A program made the translations under genes and the position numbers. DNA of 64,000 nt, from contig CAWJTV010000024.1 of the NCBI GenBank assembly GCA_963845755.1, positions 32,001 to 96,000 on the forward strand, given 5' to 3'. Position 1 is the first letter of the stretch. Each line of letters begins with the position of its first letter. The notes beneath the pieces are model-generated. The model was not told the DNA's origin and ran no database searches. It saw only the letters and a list, made by a program, of their open reading frames with translations. The stretch comes from an uncultured Planctomycetota bacterium (GTDB lineage Bacteria; Planctomycetota; Planctomycetia; Isosphaerales; Isosphaeraceae). Shown piece after piece: positions 21,564 to 31,722 of the stretch.

Positions 21564-22619
21564 TCAGCGGAGTAGCCAGCGCGCCAGGTTGAGATAGAGG
21601 AGGATGGTGATCACGTCCGCCCCAGCCAGGGCGATCGGCCCGGCGGCGACGCGCGGTTCCTTCCGCAGCAACCGTAGCACGAACGGCAGGGCCGTGCCCA
21701 GCACCGCGGCACCGGCGACGCCTCCGGCGATGCCGCCCAGCAGGCAGAGGGCGACCCGCCCCTGGCCGAGCCAGACCAGCGCCACCATGGCAATCACGGA
21801 GCCGGCACCCAAGCCGAGCATCAGGCCCGTGGCCAGCTCGGTCGTCAGCTTCCTCGGGATCATCTTCCACGACGGCGGCTCACCGTGCAGCACCTGCAGC
21901 GCCAGGCTCACTGATTGGCTGCTGACGCTCTCCGCCAGGTTCAGCACCACGGGGATGAAGAACGCCAGCGCGACCACACGCTTCAAGTCTTCCTCGTAGA
22001 TACTGGAGAGGATCGCCGCCAGGATGCCGGCCACGATGTTGCAACCCAGCCAGGGGAAGCGTTGGCGGAAAGCCCGCACCGGCGAATCATCCAGCATCGC
22101 GCCGGCCTGGACGCCGAGGAGCTGGAACAAGTCGTCGCGCACCCTCCCGTCCTTGAGCTCGCTGATCTCGTCGGTGTACAGCTCGACGTCCACCACGCCG
22201 AGCAGGTGCCGCTCCTCATCCACCACGGGGAAAGCCAGGAAGCGGTGCTGGATGAAAAACTCGCACGCCTCCAGCACGGTCGTCCGGGCCGGCAGGGCGA
22301 CCACCTGATGCACCATGATCTCGGCTACTGGCTGTTCGGGCGATGCGAGGAGCAGGCGTCGCGTCGGCACCACGCCTTTGAGGTGGCCGTCCTCGTCCAC
22401 GACATACAGGTAAAGGATCCGCCCCTTCGGCGGGTGCCGGCGCAGGCCGTCCAGCGCCTGACCCACCGACTGACTCGCGAGTATCCGCGCGAAATCCTCG
22501 TGGAGGTGGCGGGCCACCGGGTCGTTCAACGCGGCCTTGGTCAGCGAGGTCGCCACAATAGCGTCTCCTTTCCTGGACCGAGTGTGCGCAGCCGCATCAG
22601 CGGAGTGTTCCTCACCCAT
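21564..22619 (-). CDS. mgtE: Magnesium transporter MgtE (CBS pair plus membrane domain; lacks the N-terminal domain)
   Basis: YLYVVDE..L.GVV, FPVVDE, R.PWL, FFIPVV, ADVITILLY. Confidence 0.85.
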   Translation of the reverse strand: MGEEHSADAAAHTRSRKGDAIVATSLTKAALNDPVARHLHEDFARILASQSVGQALDGLRRHPPKGRILYLYVVDEDGHLKGVVPTRRLLLASPEQPVAEIMVHQVVALPARTTVLEACEFFIQHRFLAFPVVDEERHLLGVVDVELYTDEISELKDGRVRDDLFQLLGVQAGAMLDDSPVRAFRQRFPWLGCNIVAGILAAILSSIYEEDLKRVVALAFFIPVVLNLAESVSSQSVSLALQVLHGEPPSWKMIPRKLTTELATGLMLGLGAGSVIAMVALVWLGQGRVALCLLGGIAGGVAGAAVLGTALPFVLRLLRKEPRVAAGPIALAGADVITILLYLNLARWLLR

Positions 22620-23180
22620 GACGCTGACGGGAAACCGACGACGTGTTTCGACGAAGGAGAGACGGCAGGGGCGTCACCAGCCACCGCCGTTGGTGATGAA
22701 GAGCCTGAGGAAGCACGCGTGTTCGGAAGTGGGCTCGAGATTCATCGGACCTCAATCAACCAGGCGGTCACCACGACCCAGGAGTGCCTGTCCCCACGAT
22801 CCACGCTCAATCCGAGTGTGTCGCACCAGAGACGGAATTTATCTTACGACCGAACTGTAGGGCTTGCAAGGAAAACGACAAAGATACATCCCCAGCAAGA
22901 TGGGCGATCTGTTCGGGTTGTGCCGGGGATATTCTCGGCGTGGAAGCCGCCAGGCGGCATGAGACTCTTCGCGATGAAACCAGACTACTCCATACATCAG
23001 GATTAACCAGTCGGACGATCGACCCTCAGTCTTTCCATCTTCCTCAATCGGTAAAGCCACCTGACGTCGGTGTCGATGATCCTTAAAGGGGCTCATAAGC
23101 CCGTTCTCAACCGTGTTAGACGGATCGAGTTCAATCCCCGTTGATGGATCTCCTAGATGAGAGGGCGCGGAGAACACCCG

Positions 23181-24299
23181 ATGATTTCGCGAATGATCCT
23201 GGTCGGCCTGGTCGCCGTTTTAGGTGTGTCACTCCCGAGCCGGTCGGAGTCCGGCGGCTGGTTGACCTCGGCTCACGATTGGGTCATGACCCAGCTTGCC
23301 GAGTGGGACACCTATACCCCCGAAGAAGACGGCTGCTTCATCGTGACGGAGGAACCCGACCCCTTACCACAGGGAGCAACCCAGGCCACGGCGCACGCGA
23401 ACACGACAGCCTCGTTCGCGTTCGACTTCATCCCGGTCGCCAACGATCTCGCCAAGGGGCTCGCCGATGAGCTGAACCGCCTGGCGAAGGGTCTGGACAC
23501 TCTCGCAACGACCAACGCCCTCGCGGAGTCGCCGTCGGATTTCGTGGCGGTTTCCTCGAGCGATTCCATCGAGTTGAAACTCGCAGTCGAACTTCGCCGG
23601 ATCGCCGAGGCATCAGCGAGCGTCGAAACTCTCTCCTCGAAAGCAACTCCCCGGCCTCGGGAAGCCGCCTCAGACCCAGCGATCGACGAGATCTTCGCGG
23701 ACAGCTCGCAAGTGTTCGCGCCGACGGAACTAGGGCGGGTCGCGGCGGTCGAGCCGCTTGTCCCTCAGCCTCGCGAAGCCGGCGCGGACATTGCGATCGA
23801 TGGGCTCTTCGCGGACGTCTCGCAAGTGTTCGCGCCGACAGACCAAGGGACTGCCACGATCGCCCAGCCCGAACCGGCCCCGATCGCAGCCCGACCGATA
23901 ATCGAGCTGGTCCAGCCGCTCCTGGACCTCGAGACGGATATCGCCGCGGAGTTGAATCGATTCGCCGAGGGAATCGCGATCCGTCTCGAGAATGCGTGGC
24001 CACGGCCGGTCCGGATCCGAACGTTCGAGCTGATCAAGGTCCCGGCGGATCTCGAATCGGGGATTGCCTATGAGTTGAATCGGGCATCCGAGGGCCTGGG
24101 AAGCATCCCTCCGGAAGCCCGAAAAGTCGGCGACGCCTTACCCCGGATTCCGGCGAGCGAACCCGTCGCTCATCTCGAGGGCAGCCCCAACCACGGCGAG
24201 GCGAGCATCGGGAAAGCCCTGAGTCTCTCGCGCGATGCCGCCTTTGCCTGGATGAACGTATTGACCGGGATGACACCGGTCACGATGACGTCGCGATAG
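23181..24299 (+). CDS. Hypothetical exported acidic protein with internal repeats
   Basis: Signal peptide MISRMILVGLVAVLGVSLPS; repeats DLxxxIAxELNRxxEG and PREAxxDxAIDxxFADxSQVFAPT. Confidence 0.75.
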   Translation: MISRMILVGLVAVLGVSLPSRSESGGWLTSAHDWVMTQLAEWDTYTPEEDGCFIVTEEPDPLPQGATQATAHANTTASFAFDFIPVANDLAKGLADELNRLAKGLDTLATTNALAESPSDFVAVSSSDSIELKLAVELRRIAEASASVETLSSKATPRPREAASDPAIDEIFADSSQVFAPTELGRVAAVEPLVPQPREAGADIAIDGLFADVSQVFAPTDQGTATIAQPEPAPIAARPIIELVQPLLDLETDIAAELNRFAEGIAIRLENAWPRPVRIRTFELIKVPADLESGIAYELNRASEGLGSIPPEARKVGDALPRIPASEPVAHLEGSPNHGEASIGKALSLSRDAAFAWMNVLTGMTPVTMTSR

Positions 24300-24382
24300 C
24301 CCGTTTTCGAGCGGCGAGGGGACTGGCGCCGAGTCTTCGAGGCACCTGTCCCCTTCCCGTCGCGTCGTCGGGGACGCACGGC

Positions 24383-25861
24383 TTACCCGGAGGACTCCGC
24401 CGTGCGTGCATCCGCTGGCTTCGGCACGACGAAGCTGGCCGCCAACCCGACGGCGAAGACCGTTGATGCGCCGACCAGGGCGAACCAGGGAAAGGCCAGC
24501 CGGGTGCCGAACTTGGCGTAGGTGACGGCGACGACACCGGCAAGCACTCCGATCATCGCCGCCTTCTGACCGACGCGACGGGTGAGGATTCCCAGCAGGA
24601 ACAGCCCCAGCAGGATACCCGAGACGAGTCCGGCGATTGCCAGCGCATTGTTCACCACATTGTCCTCCAGCAGGCGGGCGCCGAAGGCCACGGCGGCCAG
24701 GACGACGCCCCAGACCACCGTCATCACCCGCGAGACGCGCATCAAGTGCCGCTCGTCGCTGCGACCGGTGACCGGCCGGTACAGGTCGTTGACGATCGTC
24801 GAAGCCGCCGAGTTCAACGAACCGGCCAGGGTTCCCATCGCGGCGGAGAAAATGGCCGCGATCACCAGCCCGAGCACGCCAGTCGGCAGGTAGTGGACGA
24901 TGAAGTAGGTAAACACCTGGTCGGAACTGGCCACGCCGGCGCCGGTTGATCCCACACCGACCGAGGGTGGAAAGACCTGGTAGAACACCCAGAGGCTGAC
25001 GCCGATCAGGAGGAAGAAGGCGAACTGGGCCAGGACGATGAAACCGCTGGACACCAGCGCCGTGGCCGCCTGCCGCTGCGAGCGGGCCGAGAGATAGCGC
25101 TGGACCATGAGCTGGTCGGCCCCGTGAGTCGCCGTGTTCAGGACCATGCCGCCGATCAGCCCGGCCCAGAAGGTGTAAGGCTGAGTCAGGTCGGTCGAGA
25201 AGTCCAGGAGCCGGAACTTCCCGTTGGCCTGGGCCGTCTGGAACAACTCGCTCCAGCCGCCGGGGAGCTTGCCGGCCAGGATCATCAAGGCGACCAGCGC
25301 GCCGACGAGATACACGCTGAACTGGATGACGTCGGTCCAGATCACGGCCTTCATCCCTCCGAGGAAGGTGTAGACTACCGTGATCACGGCCACGGCGACG
25401 ATGGCCGCTTGGGGCGGCCAGCCGGTCAGGTGCTCGAGCACGGTCGCCGCCAGGAAGAGACGAAGGCCGTCGCCGAGCGAGCGGGCCACGAGGAACAAGA
25501 GCGAGGCCGTCGTCCGGGTCGGCCCGCCGAACCGGTCCTGCAGTAATTGATAGGCCGTGAAGATCTCTCCGCGAAAGTACGCCGGCAGGAGGATTGTGGC
25601 CACCACTACCCGCCCTAGCAGATAGCCGAACGCCAGTTGCAAGAACCGGAAATCGCCCCCATAAGCCACGCCAGGGACGCTCAGAAACGTGACGATGCTC
25701 GTCTCGGTCGCGACGATCGAGATCATCACGGCCCACGTCGGGATATTGCTCTCGCCGAGGAAATACCCCTTCAAGCCCTGGGATCGCGAGCCCAGCCAGG
25801 CCCCCAGCGCGGTGCATCCGGTGACGTAGACGGCGATCACGGCCAAGTCGATAGGGTTCAT
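24383..25861 (-). CDS. Sodium:solute symporter (SSS family)
   Basis: YFLG, SIVATETS, YTFLGGMKAVIWTDVIQ, DQLMVQRYL; about 13 TM helices. Confidence 0.92.
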   Translation of the reverse strand: MNPIDLAVIAVYVTGCTALGAWLGSRSQGLKGYFLGESNIPTWAVMISIVATETSIVTFLSVPGVAYGGDFRFLQLAFGYLLGRVVVATILLPAYFRGEIFTAYQLLQDRFGGPTRTTASLLFLVARSLGDGLRLFLAATVLEHLTGWPPQAAIVAVAVITVVYTFLGGMKAVIWTDVIQFSVYLVGALVALMILAGKLPGGWSELFQTAQANGKFRLLDFSTDLTQPYTFWAGLIGGMVLNTATHGADQLMVQRYLSARSQRQAATALVSSGFIVLAQFAFFLLIGVSLWVFYQVFPPSVGVGSTGAGVASSDQVFTYFIVHYLPTGVLGLVIAAIFSAAMGTLAGSLNSAASTIVNDLYRPVTGRSDERHLMRVSRVMTVVWGVVLAAVAFGARLLEDNVVNNALAIAGLVSGILLGLFLLGILTRRVGQKAAMIGVLAGVVAVTYAKFGTRLAFPWFALVGASTVFAVGLAASFVVPKPADARTAESSG

Positions 25862-26330
25862 GCTGGCGAGGTCTCTGTTGGCGCCGGGGGAAACTGCCGA
25901 AGCAAGGCGGGCGACTCAAGGATGGTGAGTTGGAGGAACTGCTGGCGAAATCCTTCATCATTCATCAAATCAAGACGGTCTCGATCCCAGGTCACGCGAT
26001 ACAATGCCTGAGAAGCGAGAGCCAGATTGAGGTAACGCTCGTCTTTCGGGTCGCGCTCGAGCTTGGGCACCTCGGGTACGTCGGAGTGCATCACGGCCCG
26101 GCCGAGGACGTCGCGCAGGAACGCCTCAAGCGCTTCATCCGTCAAGGCGGGAAGTTTCCGTCTGACCTTTGGGCGGCTCAGAACGTCGCTGACTTCGGCC
26201 AGGACCTCCGAGCTGATGTGCAGGGCGAGCCTGCAGTTCGAACAAGCTCGTAGCAGGCACAGGCTGGTCCCTTCTTATTGGCCAGTGCCTGGACAAACAC
26301 CTTGCAGTCGAAGACAGCCACAGGCGTCAC
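25858..26330 (-). pseudogene. PIN-domain toxin (putative TA toxin), frameshifted at about 26233
   Basis: VAVFDCKVFVQAL...ISSEVLAEVSDVLSRPK...RDPKDERYLNLA; GTGA overlap with the antitoxin stop, ATGA overlap with the SSS start. Confidence 0.8.
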
Positions 26331-26590
26331 GACGTCTTGCTCGGCCCACCATGTTTCTCCCGCCAAATGTCCTCCCGCACTTCTTCAACCAGGGCCGCTA
26401 GATCCTCATCGGTCCTCCCGCTCTGCTCGAAGTTGCGACGAACCGGGGCGAGGATGGCATCGAGACTCTCCGCCTGGATATCGCGATCGATCAAGCGATG
26501 GATATCGGGAACAACCTCCTGACCGACCTGGTCCGCTCGCTCGGCAAGCCGCTTCTCTTGCTCGGGACTGAGGCTAATCGTAATGGTCAT
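26327..26590 (-). CDS. Putative antitoxin (RHH-like N-terminus)
   Basis: MTITISLSPEQEKRLAERA...LDAILAPVRRNFEQSG; directly upstream of and coupled to the PIN gene. Confidence 0.75.
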   Translation of the reverse strand: MTITISLSPEQEKRLAERADQVGQEVVPDIHRLIDRDIQAESLDAILAPVRRNFEQSGRTDEDLAALVEEVREDIWREKHGGPSKTS

Positions 26591-26646
26591 CTGTCATCTA
26601 GCCGGGGTGCTCGGGTCCAAACCTCTAGGGTATCAACCGGCGGCAA

Positions 26647-27835
26647 CTAAGGAAACGACACCTTGCCGAGCAGCTTGGGCGCCGACGCGCCGGTGACCGG
26701 TGGGAGACATGCGGCCTGACCACGCAGTGTCATATCGGCCAGGACGGCGAAGGCCATCGCCTCGCGGGCGTCGGACGACACGCCGAATTCCTCGGATCGC
26801 CGGATCGGGACTGGAGCAAGGGCCCCGGAGATCCGTTCCATCAGGGCCGGATTCTTCACGCCACCCCCGGCCGCGATGACCTCCTCCACCGGCGGCCCGA
26901 TCTGAGCACACTGATGGAGTCCCAGCGCGATCGTCCGCGCGACGAACTCGGTGAGGGTCGCCATCAGGTCGGCGTCGAAGCCGTCGTGACGCTCGGCCAC
27001 CCGGGCGACGAACGCATCGCCGTACATCTCGAAGCCCGTCGATTTGGGCGGCCGGCGCACGAGGAAGGGATCATGATCCAGCAACTCGGCGAGGAGTGAT
27101 TCGTTGACGCGCCCGGCCTCAGCGAACCGGCCCTCTCGATCGCAGGGCAGTGTGCCGCCGGAGAGCCGGCGCGCCAGCCGGTCGAGCGGGGAATTGGCCG
27201 GCCCGGTGTCGAAACCGAAGACGCGGCGCCGGATCGTCGTCGAGCACGGTCAGATTCGCGATCCCGCCGAGGTTGAGGATGGCCCGCCGGCGCCTCGGCT
27301 CGTCCCGGGCTCGCCCGCCGAAGAGCACGACATCGGCGATCGGTGACAGCGGCGCACCCTCGCCGCCGGCTGCGATGTCGCGGGCCCGGAAGTCGGAGAT
27401 GACATAGCACCCCGTCCGGACTGCGATGATGTCGCCGTCGCCGACCTGGAGCGTTGCACGCAGTGCGCCGGTAACTCCACTGTGATGATAAACCGTCTGG
27501 CCGTGCGAGCCGATCAGGTCGATGTCGTGAGGCGAGAGTCCGGCCTCTGTGAGCGTCGCCAGGCAGGCCGCGGCAAACGCCTCGCCGACCATGACATGCA
27601 GTTCGGCGATGCCACGGACGTCGAGGTCAGCGATACCCATGACCCGGCGCTTGACCCCGGGGTCGTGCGGATGTTCGCGGTAACGGAGCAATTCGACCCC
27701 GACGTCACCCCCCTGCCCCGTCATCCGGCAGACGGCGACATCAATCGAGTCGGCGCTGGTGCCGGACATCAGGCCGACGACGAGGCGTGCGGGCTTATGG
27801 CTGCGTTCGAGGAGATCAGAGAACGGATGGGTCAT
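26647..27835 (-). CDS. anmK: Anhydro-N-acetylmuramic acid kinase, one frameshift at about 27225
   Basis: GLMSGTSADSID, IGSHGQTVYH, DFRARDIAAGGEGAPL, LNLGGIAN, FDTGPAN, PPKSTG, GGGVKN, REAMAFA. Confidence 0.9.
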
Positions 27836-28517
27836 GACGAATAATCCCCGGTCCTGCTGGCATCGGTCCCCTCTCTCGTCCGTCGCGACGAAAGCGGAGA
27901 GTCCTCGGCGATCCCCACGGCGTCAGGGGGATGGTAGGACCGCCGGCTGGCGGCGCGGATCGTGGCACAAAGTGGCACACTTTATCATAAAATGGGAAAG
28001 TCCTCATCCTCGATCTCGTTGGCCGCAAGCGAGTTCGGGACGACCGCCTGCCGAGTCGGTACGCTCGGGTCTGGCGACCGGCCGTCGGCCGACGGCGACG
28101 GGTTCCGGTATCCTCTGACATCGCTCGATGGCGTCTCGAATGCGGCGGGGAAGTGATCGTTGCGAGCCCTCTAATGAACCCTCTATGATTAGTATGCCTT
28201 AACTTTGGAAATCCTTAAATGCACCTATGCTCGAAATTACGATTTTTATTACCCGAACCCTCAACAGGAGTGGGAATTGGGATTTTTTTCAAGAAAAAAA
28301 TGGCTGTGGACTGCGCGGGACCGCCGGCCTGGCCAGGGGCGGGAAAGCGGCGGACGACGGGGTGATCGGACCCGAGGGCCTCTCGAGGCCCACGCCCAGG
28401 CGGCCGCCGTGACGGGCACGGCCACCGGTGGTCTTCGGCGAGGACTCTCGAAGAGCGACACTTCTCGCGGAACACCACCAGTTTGGTGGACCCACGAGTC
28501 GGATCCCATGGCGACCC

Positions 28518-28722
28518 TTACGCCGAAGACGTTGCGAGGCCGGCAATCCCGATCGCCCGGCGCTTCACTTCGGGGTAATGCGGATGCTCGCCCTGGGACG
28601 ATTACTCGCGCGCCCGCTACCAGGCGGGCCTGCGCCCACTGCCGGCACGCCAAGGTGTCCGGCCGCGCTCGCGGATGGGTCAACAGCCCCAGGGTTCCCG
28701 TGTCGAGGACGATCAGCCGCAT
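28518..28722 (-). pseudogene. Truncated PIN-domain toxin
   Basis: MRLIVLDTGTLGLLTHP...CRQW....LVAGARVIVP, then the sequence degenerates where EIADYEVRRE is expected. Confidence 0.65.
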
Positions 28723-28952
28723 GAGCCAAACCGCGGCCGGTCGGACAGCCGGTCTTCATCGACGACGCGCATGAGATAGTCCAGGGTCTCGTGCTGCTCG
28801 ACATCGTCTCCGATTTCCTCGATGGTTTCGAGGGCAGCCAGGGCGAGCGCGTTCCGCTGACGGATCTCATCCTCGGTGAGTCGGACAGCCTTGCCCCGAT
28901 CATCGAATGATCGCAGGGAGGGCGCGGTCGAGGTGGCCGTTGTCATGGTCAT
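28713..28952 (-). CDS. Small acidic putative antitoxin
   Basis: 79 aa, GGAGA RBS, DEDRLSDRPRF tail, overlaps the PIN start. Confidence 0.65.
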   Translation of the reverse strand: MTMTTATSTAPSLRSFDDRGKAVRLTEDEIRQRNALALAALETIEEIGDDVEQHETLDYLMRVVDEDRLSDRPRFGSCG

Positions 28953-29340
28953 TGTGTCTTCTCCAGCTCGTGCGAACGATCGTGCCTCCAGCAACCGATT
29001 CTACCACCTGGGTCGGGCAGCGGGCACTTACCCAAAAGCCGTAAGGAATCTGTTCTAGGGCATTGCTCCCCCCGAACCGTGCACTTATAGTCACGGAAGG
29101 CGCAAAGATTGCGACTTTCGTGATTCAGGCTACTCCGGCGGCATGGGGCGGAGAAGGCCCAGATGCCCGGGAAATTGTGGCTCCCGGCCTGTCGGGGCCC
29201 GTGAGGGCACACGAGGTCGGATCGCGCCTTTCCACGCGGAAGACGCACTAGCCCCGGTCCCGTCGAAGTGAGCGGAGCCGCCCCGCGGCCGATCTCTACT
29301 GCCGGCCGCTGCCCATCACTATTGCCGGGATGTTTTCCTC

Positions 29341-30840
29341 ATGATCAGCACAAAATGGGTCCGCGTCGCCTCGCTATTCCTCGCATGGAACGGCGTCGCG
29401 ATCGTCGTCGCGGCCCGTGGGGCGGACAAGCCGAACATCGTTTTCATCATGGCCGATGACCTCGGCAATGCCGACCTCGGCTATCGCGGCGCCGAGATCA
29501 AGACGCCGAACATCGACAAGCTGGCCACGACAGGAGTCCGTTGCGAGTCCTTCTACGGCATGCCGGTGTGCACCCCCTCGCGGGCCGCGCTGATGACGGG
29601 CCGTTACCCGATCCGTCACGGGCTCCAGACACTCGTGATCTTCCCGAGCCACGGCTACGGTTTGCCGACCGATGAGCGCACCCTGCCCCAAGCCCTGAAG
29701 GCGGCCGGCTACCAGACCTACATGGTCGGCAAGTGGCATCTCGGCCATGCCGACCGGAAATTCTGGCCGCAGAACCGCGGCTTCGACCACTTCTACGGTA
29801 ACCTCGTCGGCGAGGTGGATTACTTCACCAAGGAGCGCGGCGGCCTGATCGACTGGCAGCGCAACGGCGAGTTCCTCAAGGAGGACGGGTACTTCACAAC
29901 CCTCATCGGCAATGAAGCGGTCAGGCTGATCGAGGCCCAGGACCCGGCGAAGCCGTTCTTCCTCTACTTCGCCTCGCTGGCCCCCCACGCGCCCTATCAA
30001 GTGCCCAAGGAGTACAGCGACCGTTACGCCTCCATCCAGGATGAGCAGCGGCGGGCCTACGCCGGCATGATCACGGCGCTGGACGATCAGGTCGGCCGCA
30101 TCGTCGCCGCGCTCGAAAAGAAGGGGTCGCGCCAGGACACGATGATCGTCTTCGCGAGCGACAACGGCGGAGCGACCAGCGCCCTCTTCGCCACGGGCGC
30201 GCGCTCGCCGGAAGACCGCAAGAAGAGCGGGGGCGTCGGCCTGGGAGAGAAGCCGCCCGCCTCGAACGGCCATTTCCGCGGCGGGAAGGGGTCGCTCTAC
30301 GAGGGTGGCGTGCGCGTCCCGGCGTTCGTCAACTGGCCGGGCAAGCTCAAGCCGGGTGTGGTTAATCAACCGGTCCACATGACGGACATCATGCCCACGT
30401 TGCTGGCGCTCGCCGGCGGAAAAGGGGCCGACGATCATCCGTTCGACGGCAAGGACATCTGGGCGACGCTGGCCGAAGGAAAGCACTCGGCTCACGAAGA
30501 GATCCTCGTCAACGTCGAGGCCATCCGGGGCGCCATCCGCAGGGGCGACTGGAAGCTCGTCCGGATGGCCACGTACCCGGGCAAGACGGAGCTGTACAAC
30601 CTCGCCGAGGACCCGGGAGAGAGGAACAACGTCGCCGATCAGCATCCCGAGATCGTCCGCGAGCTGGATGCTCGGCTGGTCGCCTTTGCTCGCGAGATGA
30701 AGCCGAGCGAGTGGATCAAGGCACAGCCCGCCTTCCTCGGCGCCCAGAGTTCCACCCTCTTCGATCCCGATTTCGACATCGAGGACGGCGGGCTTCCGAC
30801 CGAGAAGCCCGCCCTGCCGAAGAACGAGCCGAGGCGATGA
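29341..30840 (+). CDS. Arylsulfatase (S1, formylglycine-dependent; ArsB-like)
   Basis: KPNIVFIMADDLG, CTPSRAALMTGRY, GKWHLG, SDNG, GGKGSLYEGGVRVP; signal peptide. Confidence 0.95.
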   Translation: MISTKWVRVASLFLAWNGVAIVVAARGADKPNIVFIMADDLGNADLGYRGAEIKTPNIDKLATTGVRCESFYGMPVCTPSRAALMTGRYPIRHGLQTLVIFPSHGYGLPTDERTLPQALKAAGYQTYMVGKWHLGHADRKFWPQNRGFDHFYGNLVGEVDYFTKERGGLIDWQRNGEFLKEDGYFTTLIGNEAVRLIEAQDPAKPFFLYFASLAPHAPYQVPKEYSDRYASIQDEQRRAYAGMITALDDQVGRIVAALEKKGSRQDTMIVFASDNGGATSALFATGARSPEDRKKSGGVGLGEKPPASNGHFRGGKGSLYEGGVRVPAFVNWPGKLKPGVVNQPVHMTDIMPTLLALAGGKGADDHPFDGKDIWATLAEGKHSAHEEILVNVEAIRGAIRRGDWKLVRMATYPGKTELYNLAEDPGERNNVADQHPEIVRELDARLVAFAREMKPSEWIKAQPAFLGAQSSTLFDPDFDIEDGGLPTEKPALPKNEPRR

Positions 30841-31234
30841 GGAGCATAGCGGTTTCGCCGTACTCGAGCGAATCACTCCGACCCGCTACCCGACGATCGC
30901 AAGGCCCGGTTCAGATGCACTCGACGCATCGGCATTGGTTCGAAGGCGCGATGATTGCGCCTTTCGTGCCTTTAGACGCAGGAATCGCATAGCATTCGAG
31001 AGATGCTAGGCGACCGATCGCCGCCTCCTGAACGCCACGTCTTCCCAGTTGAGCGAGACCGGTCTAGAGGATTCGGAGGATGCGGCGCGTCTCCTCGTAG
31101 CTCGGTTCCAGCTCCAATTAGTCAGAAAGGGTAGACGCTATCTCTCAGGCTGGCCCGCGACGGCGACGGGCCTGCTATCATGGGGTTGACCGGCGGGCAG
31201 GTCCGCCCGTTCCGTCGAAGGAGCTTCGGATCGC

Positions 31235-31609
31235 ATGAGCTACTACACGGACATCGAGTTCACCTTCCGCGACGGGGAACCCCCTGAGATCGAGGCGATA
31301 CTTGCCCGTGCCCGCCCCTATCTCGAATCCCACGAGCGGGGCTACTCCGTCGAGGATGTTCTGGAAGACTTGCAGCGTGGGCTCCAGGAGGAGAGGGGCG
31401 ACTTCAAGGGTATCTGGTCCGACGACATCGAGGGCCTGATGGCACATGTCTCCGCCGCCTTCCCGGGCGTCACTTTCTTCGTCCGTGGCATGGGCGAGGA
31501 GTACGCCGATATCTGGCTCCGCATGTTCAAGGATGGGGAAGTCGTCTTCCAGGTCGGCCCGTTCGAGGACGAACTCGATTCGGCCCTCAGCGACGGCGAA
31601 GACGAATAG
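31235..31609 (+). CDS. Hypothetical acidic protein (124 aa)
   Basis: AAGGAG RBS, coding-like codon usage; S..FP...F...G.GEE..DIW...F..G pattern. Confidence 0.7.
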   Translation: MSYYTDIEFTFRDGEPPEIEAILARARPYLESHERGYSVEDVLEDLQRGLQEERGDFKGIWSDDIEGLMAHVSAAFPGVTFFVRGMGEEYADIWLRMFKDGEVVFQVGPFEDELDSALSDGEDE

Positions 31610-31722
31610 GGTATTCCCAATCTGACACCGGGCGGCTCCGAGGCCCTTACGCCGGTTTTCCGTTCCCTTGCGACTCACGCCCCGTGAGGCCCGGACATCC
31701 GGGAGGGCCGCGGGCAGATCCA

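Noticed and set aside
27962..27979. sigma54 promoter at GTGGCACA-AA-GTGGCACA
   Set aside because: GG-to-GC spacing is 9 rather than 10, and it points away from anmK. It is only a short direct repeat.
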